A stretch of DNA of 64,000 bases from Phoronis australis (taxonomy: Eukaryota > Animalia > Phoronida). The notes below the pieces were generated by a model that did not search any database, was not told where the DNA came from, and saw only the letters and a list, made by a program, of their open reading frames with translations. Of this stretch, positions 1-12,880 are shown piece after piece. Each line of letters begins with the position of its first letter. The stretch's first letter is position 1. Location of the stretch: contig NMRA01000007.1 of assembly GCA_002633005.1 (NCBI GenBank), positions 1-64,000 of the forward strand. Direction: 5' to 3'. The position numbers and the translations under genes are program-made.

Positions 1-1976
1 GTGGCACTAACCGAACACTAAGAGTTGGGTCAAGCCCCCCCCCCTCCCCACCCTCCCCAAGGGTAACAATATTGGAGGTACCAGTCACAGGATTTGAGTC
101 AAAATTACAAGCAATACAATTATGGGTACAGTTGAAGCTGCATTCCGCCGTTGTTTAGCGGACAATATTGAATTCTTAACCAAAGTGCTTTGTGGTTTAA
201 AAGCATTGCCAAACATCCGATCTTGAATTGTTGCCAAATTGGCTGGCAACTCAAGGCAAAAGCAATGCATGCACTTGAGTCATTTTCCAACCTGTAACTT
301 TACGGTTAGCCAACCCCAATAAACTTTGAAGAGTTTTCTTGGACTGCTGAGATGGTTTCGATATTCTTGATGGCAACGAAAATATAATCCTATCACGGTA
401 AGAAATGTTACGAGACCGATTTGATGAGACTGAAAAGCCCAATTCGATTTTTAGCCAGCTGAACAGGAAGAAATGCGGCTTTACTAATATTAGTCACACT
501 ATGTCCTGCGCTAGTGTCATTGTATTGCTGTTCTACACAGGGCATGTACTAGTGAAAAAGCAGAGTGTAAAGTGAAACAGAGATAAAGCAGAGTTCAAAT
601 TTGGTGGAGAACATAAGGCGCATAACTGTAAATTGTACAATCCTTAAGTTAGATAAGGAAACCAAGATCACTAGAATCCAAGAAATGAAGTCGTGTGGAT
701 AAAATTTTGTATTCGTTACAAGGGTATATTCAAGGAGAATGCGCCATTGACACAAAACTGGAACTCTGAAGAAAGTAAGAAAGTATAGATACATGTTTGA
801 ATTTGACGGGCAAGGTGTGACACAGGGGGACAAAGGAGGTAACGTCGTGTCGCTCCAAGTGCTCAGGTCCGAAGTAATGTCAGAGACATTAGCTTCCCTG
901 TCGCCCGTGCAAAGGTGAACTTCAGTGACCTCTTGAGGCAGGCTCTGGCATAAGGATTGCAGTGGTTGTGGTTGTTTCCAATCAACCAGCTATGTAATTT
1001 CAAGGAGACAAATGTTAAGAAATGGAAAAGAAAGAAAGATAAGTAAATAGTAAATTGGCTGAAAATGGTTACGGTTAGAAAACATGATAAATACTTCACT
1101 GTCCAGTAACTCAACATGTCATGAAATCCTCAATAAGGAGACATGATGAAGACCAGAGGAGGCAATAAATCCTCGTAAGTTTAATATGACACAATTATTA
1201 AATGACAAAGACAGATTAAGTTCTTAAACTCATCAACGCTCAATATTTCCAAGTCACGAATTATTCAAGTTGACCACTGCTGTAATTATGCAGTTTTACT
1301 CTCTATCAAAACTTTTTTGTGAATTACTGGCTGGGTATTTCATCAAGATTTGATCCCATGATTTTTCTGCTCGCAAACCATGACTACCCACTACACAACA
1401 AGCACGTCCCCCACATGGGATATACAGCCTGACCAAGTTAACACCTAGGGTGTTTAAATTCAGAAACTTAAAAATCAGGTAGTCGGCGTTAAGCTGAGCA
1501 TTGGGCATTTAACAACAAAAATTTTTTAAAGTTTTCGCAAAATTATTTTTATTGTAACACAAAATAAAAAGTCCATGACCCTGATCATCCTGAAAACAGT
1601 GCGGCATAAAATTTGGCGTAAGACATACATGCCCAACTGGTCAGTACTAACTGCATTAGGGCCTGGAGTTCAGATCAACTTGTGCGTAAACACTAGTTAC
1701 AACTAAAAGTCATAAAATGAAAATTCTGGGTTGAGCATTTAGTCAAACATGAGCGTGAACGCGTTTGGGAAATTGAGTTCCCACAATTCATTGCACACAC
1801 GGTGTTTCCCTTCTATCTGTGAAATGGTCACTGAGCTAACTACAAACAGATCACTCTCACACACATCTCGTATGTATTGGCCCCCACAAGCATACAGAAC
1901 ATGCACCATCTGGTGTCAATAGTAAAGAAAAAGAATAACTACGACAATGAATTAAAGTTAGTGGTGCGTCAATTAC

Positions 1977-4900
1977 CTGTTGTGTGACATGTTTGTCTAT
2001 GTGTTCCTCTCTGAAATATTTTGTCCCATACGGCAGGTGTCCATATGAAGATGTGGTGTGAAGCAAAGGATCATACTGCCGATGACGTTTGGTGAATGGT
2101 ACAAATCTGGAAAGAAACCCATTTACATCAAAACAGCGTCTGATAAATTGTTGTGGCTGAAGGTTTATGAATTTGATAAGTTAAAACTCACAGGACACCA
2201 TCTTAAGCAAAAAACGTGGATTTGTGACCAAACAATTAGTTGGTGATTTATGGAATTTTCCGTAAACCAATCAGGGGTGGATCCAGGATTTTTAGTTAAG
2301 GGGGGCCAGGGCAAAGTATTAGCCAGGATTTTGCCCATCAAACATTCACACCCCTGAATTGACAAATGGAATGTGGGAGTTTTAGGGGGGTCATGGCCCC
2401 CCTCTAAATTCGCCACTGGCAATTCAAGGATCTATAAGAATAACAAGTAAACAGCCACACACGCTTTAGTAAATGTTTATCTGTTAAGCGCTAATTAAAC
2501 AAAAATGTTGAAAAACTCAACAACGGAACTTTCCACTATAGCCTACTAACTTACAGGTTGTCATTAACACGGCCCACCCATTCACTTCTCTTCATAGCAT
2601 CCCTCGCTTCATCAACTGAGTAAAATGCCGTCTCCACACGTAAAGATGGTTGAAAGCTCTTGTACCGTTGCTTCTGTACTTCCTCGGGATCTTTAAATGG
2701 ACCCTGCAAAATAAACGATGTAGACCTATTAATTAGGTCAAGCCAAAATAGCAAACTTCAAAATTGTAAAAACTAAAGTTTAGTGGCTGTGAAATGTTTT
2801 TTTTGAAACCATCACTGAACTCCATTCAGTCCATCGTGTTATCATGACATATGCAATTAGTATAATGCTGACTCTTTGTACCAAAACGAAACAAAACAGC
2901 GAGATGCGTCACCCAAAGACATGAATCAAAATAAAGGTTTTCAAAGTCAGCACTGCACAGGTCTTTATAAGGTTATCCATTACCTGTCGAGCAAAAATGT
3001 TAAAATTCATCTAACTATAGACAGTGTACCTAATTATCGGACGGAACCTAAATATCGGACATTTCATAGAATCTTACTTGAAGCATAATCTGAGAATTAA
3101 ATGACACCAATTTTTGTTCCGTTGTAATGCATTCAATGTCCGGCACCGTCTCGTTTTTTTACAGCGTTGCCTCGTTTTGATTTCACCGAGAGAGGGTGCA
3201 ATTTAGACCCCCAAGTCGGCCTAAAATGGACGATCGCATAAATCGGTTATAAAAGTTGAAAATAAAATCNNNNNNNNNNNNNNNNNNNNNNNNNNNNNNN
3301 NNNNNNNNNNNNCTCAAGTCAAACCCCGACCGCGCACGTGCGGGTGTCATATCAAGAAGCCTAAGTGATACTAAAAACTGCAGTGAGTTTGCACGTGCTT
3401 TAGTCGTCTGCACTAATTCATCGAAACGACTTGGCGCCGTCATCAGATTTCATTTTATGGATAATTTTGTTGCGAATGGACCTGGGTTCTAGCAGCATAT
3501 ATGTCAAAACACTCGAGCTGAAATTTGGCGACAAGGTGCCCGCGGCCATTACATGGTTAGTCAGTTTTCCGCGGTGTGGCGTATGGAGAAACATGGTTTC
3601 CAATATTTAGGTTCTCCGAAGGTTTAGTTGTTGTGTTTTTTGAAGATCAGTCGGAACATAAATGTGGCTTTCAGTGACAAGATATAGTAACAGAACAATT
3701 CCGTGAAGGTAAATATTTATTTCAGCAAAGAATTTACAACAATCCGTAGTATTTGCAATTAAATATAATGCAAAATGTGCCAAAACGTCCGATAATTAGG
3801 TCACTTGACTGTAGAGCACATTGTGTCTCAGAAAGGCTGATGGGATTTTTCAAATGTTTCACCTTCCATGAGGTACAATAAACATTACTGGCACTTTCAT
3901 CACTTTCCAAATTAAAAATATGAATTCTCCTCTAAATGTTGCAACAAATATAAATGAAAGGAAAAAGTAGAATAGTGCAACAGAATTTTTGAGATTTCAT
4001 CTTGAATACATATAATCAAGATTTAGTCATGTTATCAATATTGCTGTCTATACTATGTGAACGTAGTTTTTGCTAAATTTTACAAAAGAATGTGGTTACT
4101 TACTTTGTGACAAGTTAAAACACTGACACTGAAACATGTGCCTATTCTTCAAATAAGAACTGTTGTAGGACAATTTTAAAATTTGTTTACCTGAGGTTTC
4201 TGCGGAATAGGTGGCAAAAGGGCACTCTTGGACACCCCGTACTTTTTACAGGTTGGGTCAAAAGGTTCCTCGGTCACTTTTTCCTTTTTATGGCTTCTTG
4301 GTCGAGTACTTCGCAAAATAAATTCCATATCATCAGGATAACTGAAAATTAAATTTGTAAAATGAAGCGTTCATTTAGTGGCAAGAAGTGACACCTGGGG
4401 TTCATTTCATGAGCGCTACCATTTCACAGTTGCTGGAAAAAGCTTTAGCCAAGTACTTATGAGTGCATCACAGACTAGAAATAATTTATTGAAATTATGT
4501 CAGTAAATTATAGTTATATGCAGCAACTCAAGGACTGTAATTTTGCTCAAATGAGATTTAAATTATTTTCAGAAATAGCTGTGGGGAGCGTAAGACCAGA
4601 TTTCTGACTTAAGTCTTACATCACTTTTCGTGAAACAGAACCCTGGGCTTGGGTGGAATTGACACTTTGTAAGTGGATGACACCAGGATCAAGAGTTTGC
4701 TTGCCATGGCCGGTCATTTTGTGAGCCTAACACAGTTTCCAGCAATAACAAAACATCAGTTCTTCCCTGAAGCCCAAAATAACTTTTTATCTGAGTAAGA
4801 ACAACAAGCACTTTCATAGAAGCTTCATATGCAAGTTTTGTGTGTCACTAGGCATACTGTGTCCCCTCTACATACAATAAGCATTGTGAAAGTACAACAT

Positions 4901-7900
4901 TGTCTTTCGCTGTTCTGTAAGATGGGCTGAGTCAAAGGAAGACATGCGATTTCTGTCATTCACGGACATTTTGAAACATTAGACATATTTGCGTGGATCA
5001 TTTTAATATCCCACTGCATGACAGTGGTGATCTGACGATGTGATGTTTGCAAAGAACTGATAAAAAATGCTGGAAAATATACCTTACAAGGTGCTGTCCA
5101 CCAACTAGCCTTCCCCATCTAGAGACAAGGTCTATTTCATCATGTAGCGGCAACATCAGAAAATGGCTATTTGTGAGCTATGAAAAACCATTTCACGCAT
5201 GTATTGTCCACCCAGATGAACAAAGAAATGAATCCATACAGAACATGAGCACAAACAATATACACCACGTAGATGTACTTACGGTTTATACGGCGAGTCG
5301 TATATGCCTGGCACCACCTTTGTACTGAGGAGATAGTGGTGTTTGCTGGCGTGTTCCTCCAACTGCTTGCGTGCCATCTCCTCCTCGGCCAATCTCCGCA
5401 GGTGGTCCTGCTGGTCTTTGTAGTCGTTCAGTTCTCGCCTGGAATGATGGTGTCATTGGTCACATTGGAGTTGTTTAATTATTTGCCTTTTACACTTTCT
5501 GCAATATGTGGCCTTCAAGGGAAATGAGATTGTGAATATAACCCGGGGGGTGGTGCATTTCTGGAGGTCAATTAGACGACATGCCGCACATTGTAGTACG
5601 TATGGAGTTCCCCCATGAAGCTCCGCAAGACTCGAGGTCTGTACAAAATTTGCATCTGGTCTAAAACGCTCTCCTTTACATAACGCTATAGGTAAGTATA
5701 AGTGTTTCATAAGTCTGGTGTTGTACAGCATGGGTTAATGCGATGAATAACACCATCTAAGTCAATCAAAAAAGGGAAATTTCAAAAACCAAGGAAAAGA
5801 AACACTCATAATATGATTTTGGAAAGATTAAACACAGAAAAGCATGGAAAATGTGTTTGTAGAGCCCGTGTGGAACACTGATTAAAAAAGGTAGACACTC
5901 CACTGTCTCCCCTCTATAGATCCCAAATAAATAACTACATGGTAGTAATGCCGGGGAACTTTGATTTCTTATTCTGACTATTCTATTATAGCCAATCAAC
6001 AACATTAAGATTTGAGATGACACCACACAATATTGAAAAAACCTTCAAGCACTGGTAACTTGGAAATGTCATAATACCCCTCATGATATCCAAGATCCGT
6101 CTATGGTTTGGTCTGTATACTTTAAAATATTCACAAACAGTGCAGTTTAAAAGTAAGAGTCGTTGTCCATGACAATCCTTCCAGATAAGAGCCAGATGCA
6201 GCTCTATGTCATACCCATACCTGACAAGATCGTTCTTGGTCATCAAGCCCTCGAGATACTTCTTACGGCTATAGTAGTTAAATATGTATTTCCTTGTGTA
6301 GTACCCCTTCCAGACTTTCTGAATCTGCCAAGAAATTATTTGTGAAATTCATAAGATATCAGTTTATTGCTGATTAATTTGCCAAGACATCAAAATGAGC
6401 TAATAATCTTTATAATTTCAACTCCTAAGGTGACATGGAAGATACTAATTACCTTCACATTTCTCATATGACATAATATTTTGTATCCCATTGTATTGTC
6501 ACAGAAGTTACAACCTCGACTGTATGCTCTACAAATTAACTATATTTCAGAATCACATACAAAGGTGTCACTATACAGATGAGAACGACGAAAAATAATT
6601 CTGTAACACGTGCTATGTGTACATTATACCAACGCCTGACAGATGTGTATGCGTGTGCCTCTGTAGACTTCCTCACCTCCTGTTTGTATAACATTTGGTT
6701 ATTATTTTTTAAAGATAAATTTTTAGAAAATCAGGAAAAATGATAAGCGAAGACCAACTCACTTTCACAGCCTGTGCGTTGTAAAAGTTGAGCCTCATAA
6801 TGAACACGTCATTTTTCAGTTTAAGTCTGTAAGCTTTTCGTCCCAAATGTCCCCTCCACGTGCTCTGTATAATGACTGCGCTGTCATGTAAAAATCTGCA
6901 AACAGAGACCAGATGTACAGCATGACCTTAACCATAATGACTGCGCTGTCATGTAAAATCTGCAAACAGAGACCAGATGTACAGCATGACCTTAACCATA
7001 ATGACTGCGCTGTCATGTAAAAATCTGCAAACAGAGACCAGATGTTAAGCATGAGCTTAACCATAATGACTGCTCTGACATGTAAAAATCTGCAAACAGA
7101 GACCAGATGTTAAGCATGACCTTAACCATAATGACTGCGCCGTCATGTAAAAATCTGCAGAGACCAGATGTTAAGCATGACCTTAACCATAATGACTGCG
7201 CTGTCATGTAAAAATCTGCAAACAGAGACCAGATGTTAAGCATGAGCTTAACCATAATGACTGCTCTGACATGTAAAAATCTGCAAACAGAGACCAGATG
7301 TTAAGCATGACCTTAACCATAATGACTGCGCTGTCATGTAAAAATCTGCAAACAGAGACCAGATGTTAAGCATGAGCTTAACCAATATCTGACGAGAACA
7401 ATCTACTAACTCATCTCGTAAAAACTGTGAGACATTCATCATCCCAGCTCTAGACAGCTCCGTGACAATGGAAGTTTGAAATGTCAAGCCAATCATATCA
7501 TTTTTGAGCATCAGTTTATTTGCGATAGAACTAACAAAATTAAATGTAACGCATTATTTTTAAAAACAGACAGATCATGTAACATTGGGTAATGAAATAT
7601 GTTGAAGTAAATTTCATAAAGTCATGGAGAGTGTAACACAATTTTAAACATTTGAGTTTACTTTCATGTTACAGAACTGAATTAAACATGATCTAAGGGA
7701 TAAAACACCTGTGATTCTGCTTACTTTAGATCACCTTGGATGCAATTCAGGCAAAACATTTGCTTTTGGTTTGTTTTAAAACTGTAAAAAGCTTTTTCTC
7801 CATTTGCTTCAAGTCAAGATTCATAAGAAGCAAAGGCATGCTTGTGAGAATAACAATTTATTATGTTCTGACCTTGTGTTAAACTAATTACCTTAAGTAC

Positions 7901-9299
7901 GCCCGAACTTTTTGTCCACGGTACCAGGACTGAACTCTGGTAATGGCCTCTGTCTCTTTTTGTCTCTCTTCATGAGCAACACTAAAACAGACAAGACAGA
8001 AGTCAAGAAGTGTAGGTTAATTCACAAGTCAGTTTTCTCTAACTAGTAAGTAAGCAAGTAAGTGAGCAAGCAAAAAGTTTATTTCACATCGGTTTGACAA
8101 TTTAACACTAGAACTGGTGCTAGTAACTGATATAAAATGTGAAGTAATATGTACAAAAGACAAGGCTAAGCACTCAGAGTAAATGAACATACAAGACTTA
8201 TAAAGCATGAAATGACAAAATTTGGCAATGTAGGCAAAGTTGGCATTAACAAACTTGGTATAAGTGTTAATGCATTGGTAGAGAAATCAAGATTTTGACA
8301 GTATCTCACACTTTCAGGAAGCTTATTACAAGGCAGAGAAAGCCCTTGGGTGGTAAATGGAGCAACTGACTTGGGGCACATATAGTGAGTTTTACAACCT
8401 TTGGGTAATATCAGATCAATTCGAACTTCATTTAAAGGAAGCAATGTGACATAGTTGTAGGAATGGAACATGGTCCTTGGTGCAATCAAAAAGTCTTGCA
8501 CTCCATGAGTTATACTAGTGGGACCACCCTGCCGCACACTTTAACCACAGATGCCCATGCGAGACAAATCAAACATTATCATGATGGGGTTAATTATCAA
8601 TATCAAAATCACCCCAGGCCAGGTGTTACATGACTTTTGATTACAATTGACAGGACTGAACTAGCAGTAAAATGAACACTAATTGCGTATTTTTTCCGTT
8701 TAAAAACCAACTGATTTTTATGCTAGATCTTCCAACGCTAAGTGGTTGTTGTGTTAATACTGGCAATACTCGCAGACAATCTAGATTTTATCAACATTGT
8801 TCATGAAAGTCACACGCCATCAATCTAGCAAAGACCCTAACCATCTCACTGTGGAACACCGATTGTGTGGTAGGGGAACACAAGCACTGTGTCAGTGACT
8901 CGGATGAAATGGATAATCTTCTGTTAAGTATACTGCAGTATAACACAGTTCCATGCGTAGTGTTGGTTTCTTTTCGTTTATTTGTTTAATGATGAATAAC
9001 ATGTGATAGTGGCAAAGTCATGTCAGAACACCAACACTGAATCTCTATTTGGAACTCAGGAGTCAAAAATTAATGACGATATGCCGATTGCGACGGCGAG
9101 GATAGTCGGAAGCCAAGTAAGCTAGTCTGCCCATAAACTTATATTTCATTTAGTTCTGACGAAAAGTATTTCATAGACTCCAAAATAAGATTAAAATGCT
9201 TGTAGAGACGCATTAGCTAACTGCAACTCACTTTTGTCGGTCAAAAACCTCTTTAACCATGGCTCCTTTCTCAGCCATCAACTTCACCATGGTCGCCAT
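1977..9299 (-). CDS. SPATA17: Spermatogenesis-associated protein 17 (IQ-motif ciliary/flagellar protein), spliced, 3' terminal exon not located
   Basis: Exons in transcript order: 9232-9299, 7892-7981, 6763-6895, 6221-6324, 5283-5438, 4191-4341, 2555-2703, 1977-2106. All are GT-AG with compatible phases (981 nt). Translation MATMVKLMAEKG...ITRVQSWYRGQKVRAYLR...IIQSTWRGHLGRK...IQKVWKGYYTRKYIFNYY...HYLLSTKVVPGIYDSPY...QGPFKDPEEVQKQRYKSFQPSLRV...EWVGRVNDN has three IQ motifs and recognisable SPATA17 blocks. Confidence 0.9.
2272..2419. mobile_element. Short hAT-like MITE
   Basis: Ends CAGGGGTGGATCCAG ... CTAAATTCGCCACTG form imperfect TIRs with G/C runs inside. No clear TSD. Confidence 0.55.
3018..3811. 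mobile_element. Tc1/mariner-pogo-type non-autonomous element in a SPATA17 intron
   Basis: TIR core ACCTAATTATCGGACG (left) / CGTCCGATAATTAGGT (right), TA at both flanks, and subterminal inverted copies (ggaacctaaatatcgga / tccaatatttaggttc). Contains an assembly gap. Confidence 0.7.
3270..3312. other. Assembly gap (N run)
   Basis: 43 consecutive N. Confidence 1.
4394..4646. mobile_element. MITE with imperfect TIRs
   Basis: cctggggttcatttcatga ... tcgtgaaacagaaccctgg are inverted copies about 250 bp apart. Confidence 0.55.
6871..7384. repeat. Tandem array of eight ~65-bp units spanning the SPATA17 intron 2/exon 3 junction
   Basis: Units start at 6871, 6936, 7000, 7065, 7130, 7191, 7256 and 7321. 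Consensus aatgactgcgctgtcatgtaaaaatctgcaaacagagaccagatgttaagcatgaccttaaccat. Confidence 0.97.
8043..8480 (-). mobile_element. Decayed 3' end of a CR1/L2-type LINE
   Basis: The minus frame HSYN...LILP...T...KS..F..QG...NKLPESVR resembles the LINE ORF2 C-terminus. It is followed by AATAAA (8078-8083) and a (TTAC/TTGC)n tail. Confidence 0.6.
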
Positions 9300-9340
9300 C
9301 TTGGCATCTCTATTGACAAGTTGCTAGGTCGTGACGTCAC
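9295..9340 (-). promoter_or_regulatory. SPATA17 proximal promoter motifs
   Basis: YY1-type CAAGATGGC overlapping the ATG, RFX X-box half-site GTTGCTAGG (9320-9328) and CRE palindrome GTGACGTCAC (9331-9340). RFX and CREB/CREM sites are typical of ciliary/testis genes. Function is inferred. Confidence 0.55.
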
Positions 9341-9620
9341 AGGCAGCCCCTAACAGTAACTCAGTGGCGGTGGTCACTCACGAACTAGCATGGGCGCTGG
9401 AACCAGTCTGGCAGGTTTAGTGGTTGCCGTACCAACGTTTTCCAGGACATATGTAAAAAAGGCATTTCGAGGCCTGTAGAATGCACCAAATGAGGCTTGA
9501 GTTCTCAAAGTTTTCTGGGAGAGGCCACCAGACGCCCCCTACCGGAGACAGTATCCCTCTTGTCCCGGCCAGTGTACTTCCCCGGGTACTATACACAATG
9601 TCTCGTCGACGGCACTCATA

Positions 9621-11183
9621 AAGGCCCGTAGGAAGGAAAAAATTATTGGGGGTGCACAAACCAATTTGATTTCGCCGACCTATCCCCTTGCTATCGTCAC
9701 GCCCCCCACCATACATAACGTAGAATTGCCGTGAGGACTTCTCAGGGACCTCAGCCGAGGGGGTCTCACACTCCACTGATTTGTCCACATTATTTTGAAA
9801 ACGCTTTGTCCAGTCACACATTGTGTGTCAAAAAGAGATAAGCATACCAGCAGCTAACGTAGCAAGTAGAACTACTCTAGTTTGTCACATTGGTGTAGAA
9901 GGCTCACAGGTGAACTGTGGGTTTTCTGTTGACCCCAGCCCAAGACCGTCCGGAGTTGCACCCTATACCAACTCCGGACGGTCACCCCAATGGTAGCCTC
10001 GACAGCAGTGTTTTCCACATGTGGGAATTCCTTACAAACAACTCATAGTAACCATCTTCAAAAGAGATACTATTCTTGTAAAAATATGGAGTAACATTAT
10101 TTTATAACTAACCATCGTTAAATAGTCCTTTTATGTAATTAAAAAACAGCGGTCTTCACGTTCTTTAAAATTCCTGACTCCCTTTCGATGGCGGTCAATC
10201 CTATTGTATTTTTTCACATTTTTGGTTGTTTGGGTCGAATGTCTTGATACTGTTGTGCTGTGCATGAATGTTTTGTGTTTTTGATCAAATTTCGAATCAC
10301 AGTTTCCCTCGTGACTGAATACTTGGCAGTGTTGGATGTACGTGTAAGGAGGGACAGAGGGACATTTCTCTCAACTGCTCTACCGAGAGAGGGTCCCGTC
10401 TGAAATGGGACAACTTAATAATGAAAAGCTAAACATCATTAAGCTTGGAAAAGAGTGACAGTTCCATGATTTCAACGTCGTGTGGTCAGACGACGGTGCA
10501 GGAAGTGATCCTCTTCAACATGAAAGTTAGTTGCACGATTTCACAAAAAACAGGGAAATAGACGTAATTGAGTCCAACATTGGGTCTTCTCTCCGTGAGC
10601 TTACCCTTAAGAATTTGTCAATAGAAATATAAAAACTGTGGTCACTTGAATGTCATCAATGGCCTCCTTCAGACGTGGGGCCCCTCTATGTAAAAATATC
10701 TATTTTTTCAAAAATCAAGAAATGTGCATCAATTGATGATATCTGTCAGGTCATCAATTTTTGTCAAGTGATATACAATTCGAGAAAAAAGCGACAGGTG
10801 TCTGCCAGAAAGGGGCCTCTGGAAATTGCAGTTACAAAACTTAAAAACCCATTAAGTTAATACGCTCAGCAAAAGCTTCGCTTTACAAATTTTGTCGATT
10901 TTTCGAAATATATGCATGAATCATTACGTGCACGTTTCCAGGTGCATTTAGACGACCCGTGCTGCAAAAGCGGAGACCCCAACAACAATGTTCTGGCCAG
11001 GGTCCTCAAAAGGTAAACCATGCACTGATACTGAGATGTAAAATGTTCTCTTGAGTTTTCTCTCGCATTTAGCAGTCTTTCTTTTCTCGACTGTCCCCGC
11101 CCCACGCGTCGGTTGCCACGGTTTAACCCTGACGCTCGAAAAATTTTTAGGAGGTCCGTGCCCCCCCGCTTCCTACGGCCCTG
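9621..11183. mobile_element. Possible 1.56-kb non-autonomous hAT-like element between SPATA17 and the GPCR
   Basis: AAGGCCCGTAGGAAG ... CTTCCTACGGCCCTG (13/15 inverted match), with TCATA directly flanking both ends. Confidence 0.5.
9944..9983. repeat. Perfect hairpin, 15-bp stem, 10-nt loop
   Basis: gaccgtccggagttg-caccctatac-caactccggacggtc. Confidence 0.95.
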
Positions 11184-12880
11184 TCATATTATCATAACAA
11201 TGATGTTTAATCTCTTTTATCTCTTCCACGCTTTACAACGGAAGCCAGTGTACACTTGGCCTAGTGGAAACAACAGAGTATTAGGCCTATAGACCTACTA
11301 CTCAGTTTTGCCGGAGACAGGTTGTGTTCGGAATCCGCACAAAACCATACTGCATGTAATCTACTGGCTGATGTTTTAATTCCGAGTTCAATCGTAAGCA
11401 GTTCTATCATGCTGGGTAAAACATGCGACTCAATTGATAAACATTAACTATAGTCTATTGGATTTTTTCGATTCCCCGGGAGTTTAGTCGTAACTGAGAA
11501 GTTCTATACCCATCTGGGAGAAAATCACTGCCAGCCAGTGAGATGAGACCGTGAGTGAAACTTTGTGTACCTATCAGTGCCGTGTTCTTTCTGTTAATTT
11601 TGGGTAGAGTGTCCGCCGGTCGATCGCTCGACTGGTGGGCGCACGCCCATATTGAAAATCCTAAAATCAACCGGATTAACTTTAACCGTCATGTTACCTG
11701 GCTCGTGAGTTTTGTAGTAGCTCATGGATCAGCTACCGTCGAATCTTTCGATTGACTAAAGGTTATCCAAGCTCTACACTGAAAGGCATCATGACAGTCG
11801 TTTCACTCCCGGGTACCTTGAATGGTAGGTTTCATTTGCTTGTCAGTTCCATTTTCTACCATATGACATGTGATGAACAGATTTGTCAACAAACCTGATC
11901 TATATTTTGCATTTAGGTGGTGAGTTAGGAAGAAATCACGGTTCTAAGGAAAGCATACTTTTTCAGTTATCCTCCTACTTGCAAGAATTGACTGTCAGGT
12001 CAGAAGTCACAGTTTTTTGGGATTTATAGTAGTCAGTATTATTGTGAATTGACCTACGCTACACATCATCTTGTTCGTACTAAAATTTGAACATTTTGAA
12101 ACTAAATACGAACGGGGAAACATGTATCCATGGAAACGTGGAACAGGTACCATGAGTCATTTCTAGACGTTCTGACACCTGAAGTAATAGATATATTGGT
12201 GTGTTGCCCATCTTACAACTGAGTTCTATATAAAGGAAGACAGACATTTGATCACACTCAGTGTCACGTGATTGGGCTCTGCATAATATTATGATGACCG
12301 CATGGGCCCACTCTAGGAACCAGTGGTTCTTAGGCCGACTATAGCGTTGGCAGGGCTTGTTTTTATATTTCAACTAGCGAAGCGAGGACCATGTCAATCA
12401 GTTACGCAATTCAATTGACTCCATAGCACTATGCGAGTTTCCTGGAATAATCTGATAAAATGCAAACAGAATCGAAAGAAACCAAGCTTCGACCTAATAA
12501 TTAACCTACTCCTCGCCTCTTACGCGGCATTGCTTGTATCAAATAGTTAACAACGAAATTACGGATAATGTTTGTGTATGATAAGCGTTTCCCGACAAAC
12601 ACTTTAATGGAAAGGGTTTGTAAATATGAGTAGCAAGCCCGTGGCGGCAATAAACGCCGTCTCCAAGAATTTATCCGATTACTCATTGGTTAGATCAGAT
12701 GAATGTACAGGTAGTATTAGGTCACGAAAAGGTCATCTACGCATTCCGGTTATCTTGTCGTGCAAGAGTGAACGTTACGATAGATTTACTGTTATAGAGA
12801 CGTGTTAGTTTAGTTCCTTTTGACACAACTAGTCTTGGATTCCGATTAAGGAGTGCCGTTGTTGTAAATTTCTATTGGAG

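Noticed and set aside
1739-1816. Candidate terminal SPATA17 exon (IEGKHRVCNELWELNFPNAFTLMFD*)
   Set aside because: Acceptor and phase fit, but there is no resemblance to the SPATA17 C-terminus I recall. The true last exon may lie left of the window.
6871-7384. CRISPR-like array or repeat-protein ORFs (6816-7064, 7013-7255, 7248-7511)
   Set aside because: The units are contiguous with no unique spacers, no cas genes are present and the context is eukaryotic. The ORFs are frame-cycling translations of a 65-bp unit.
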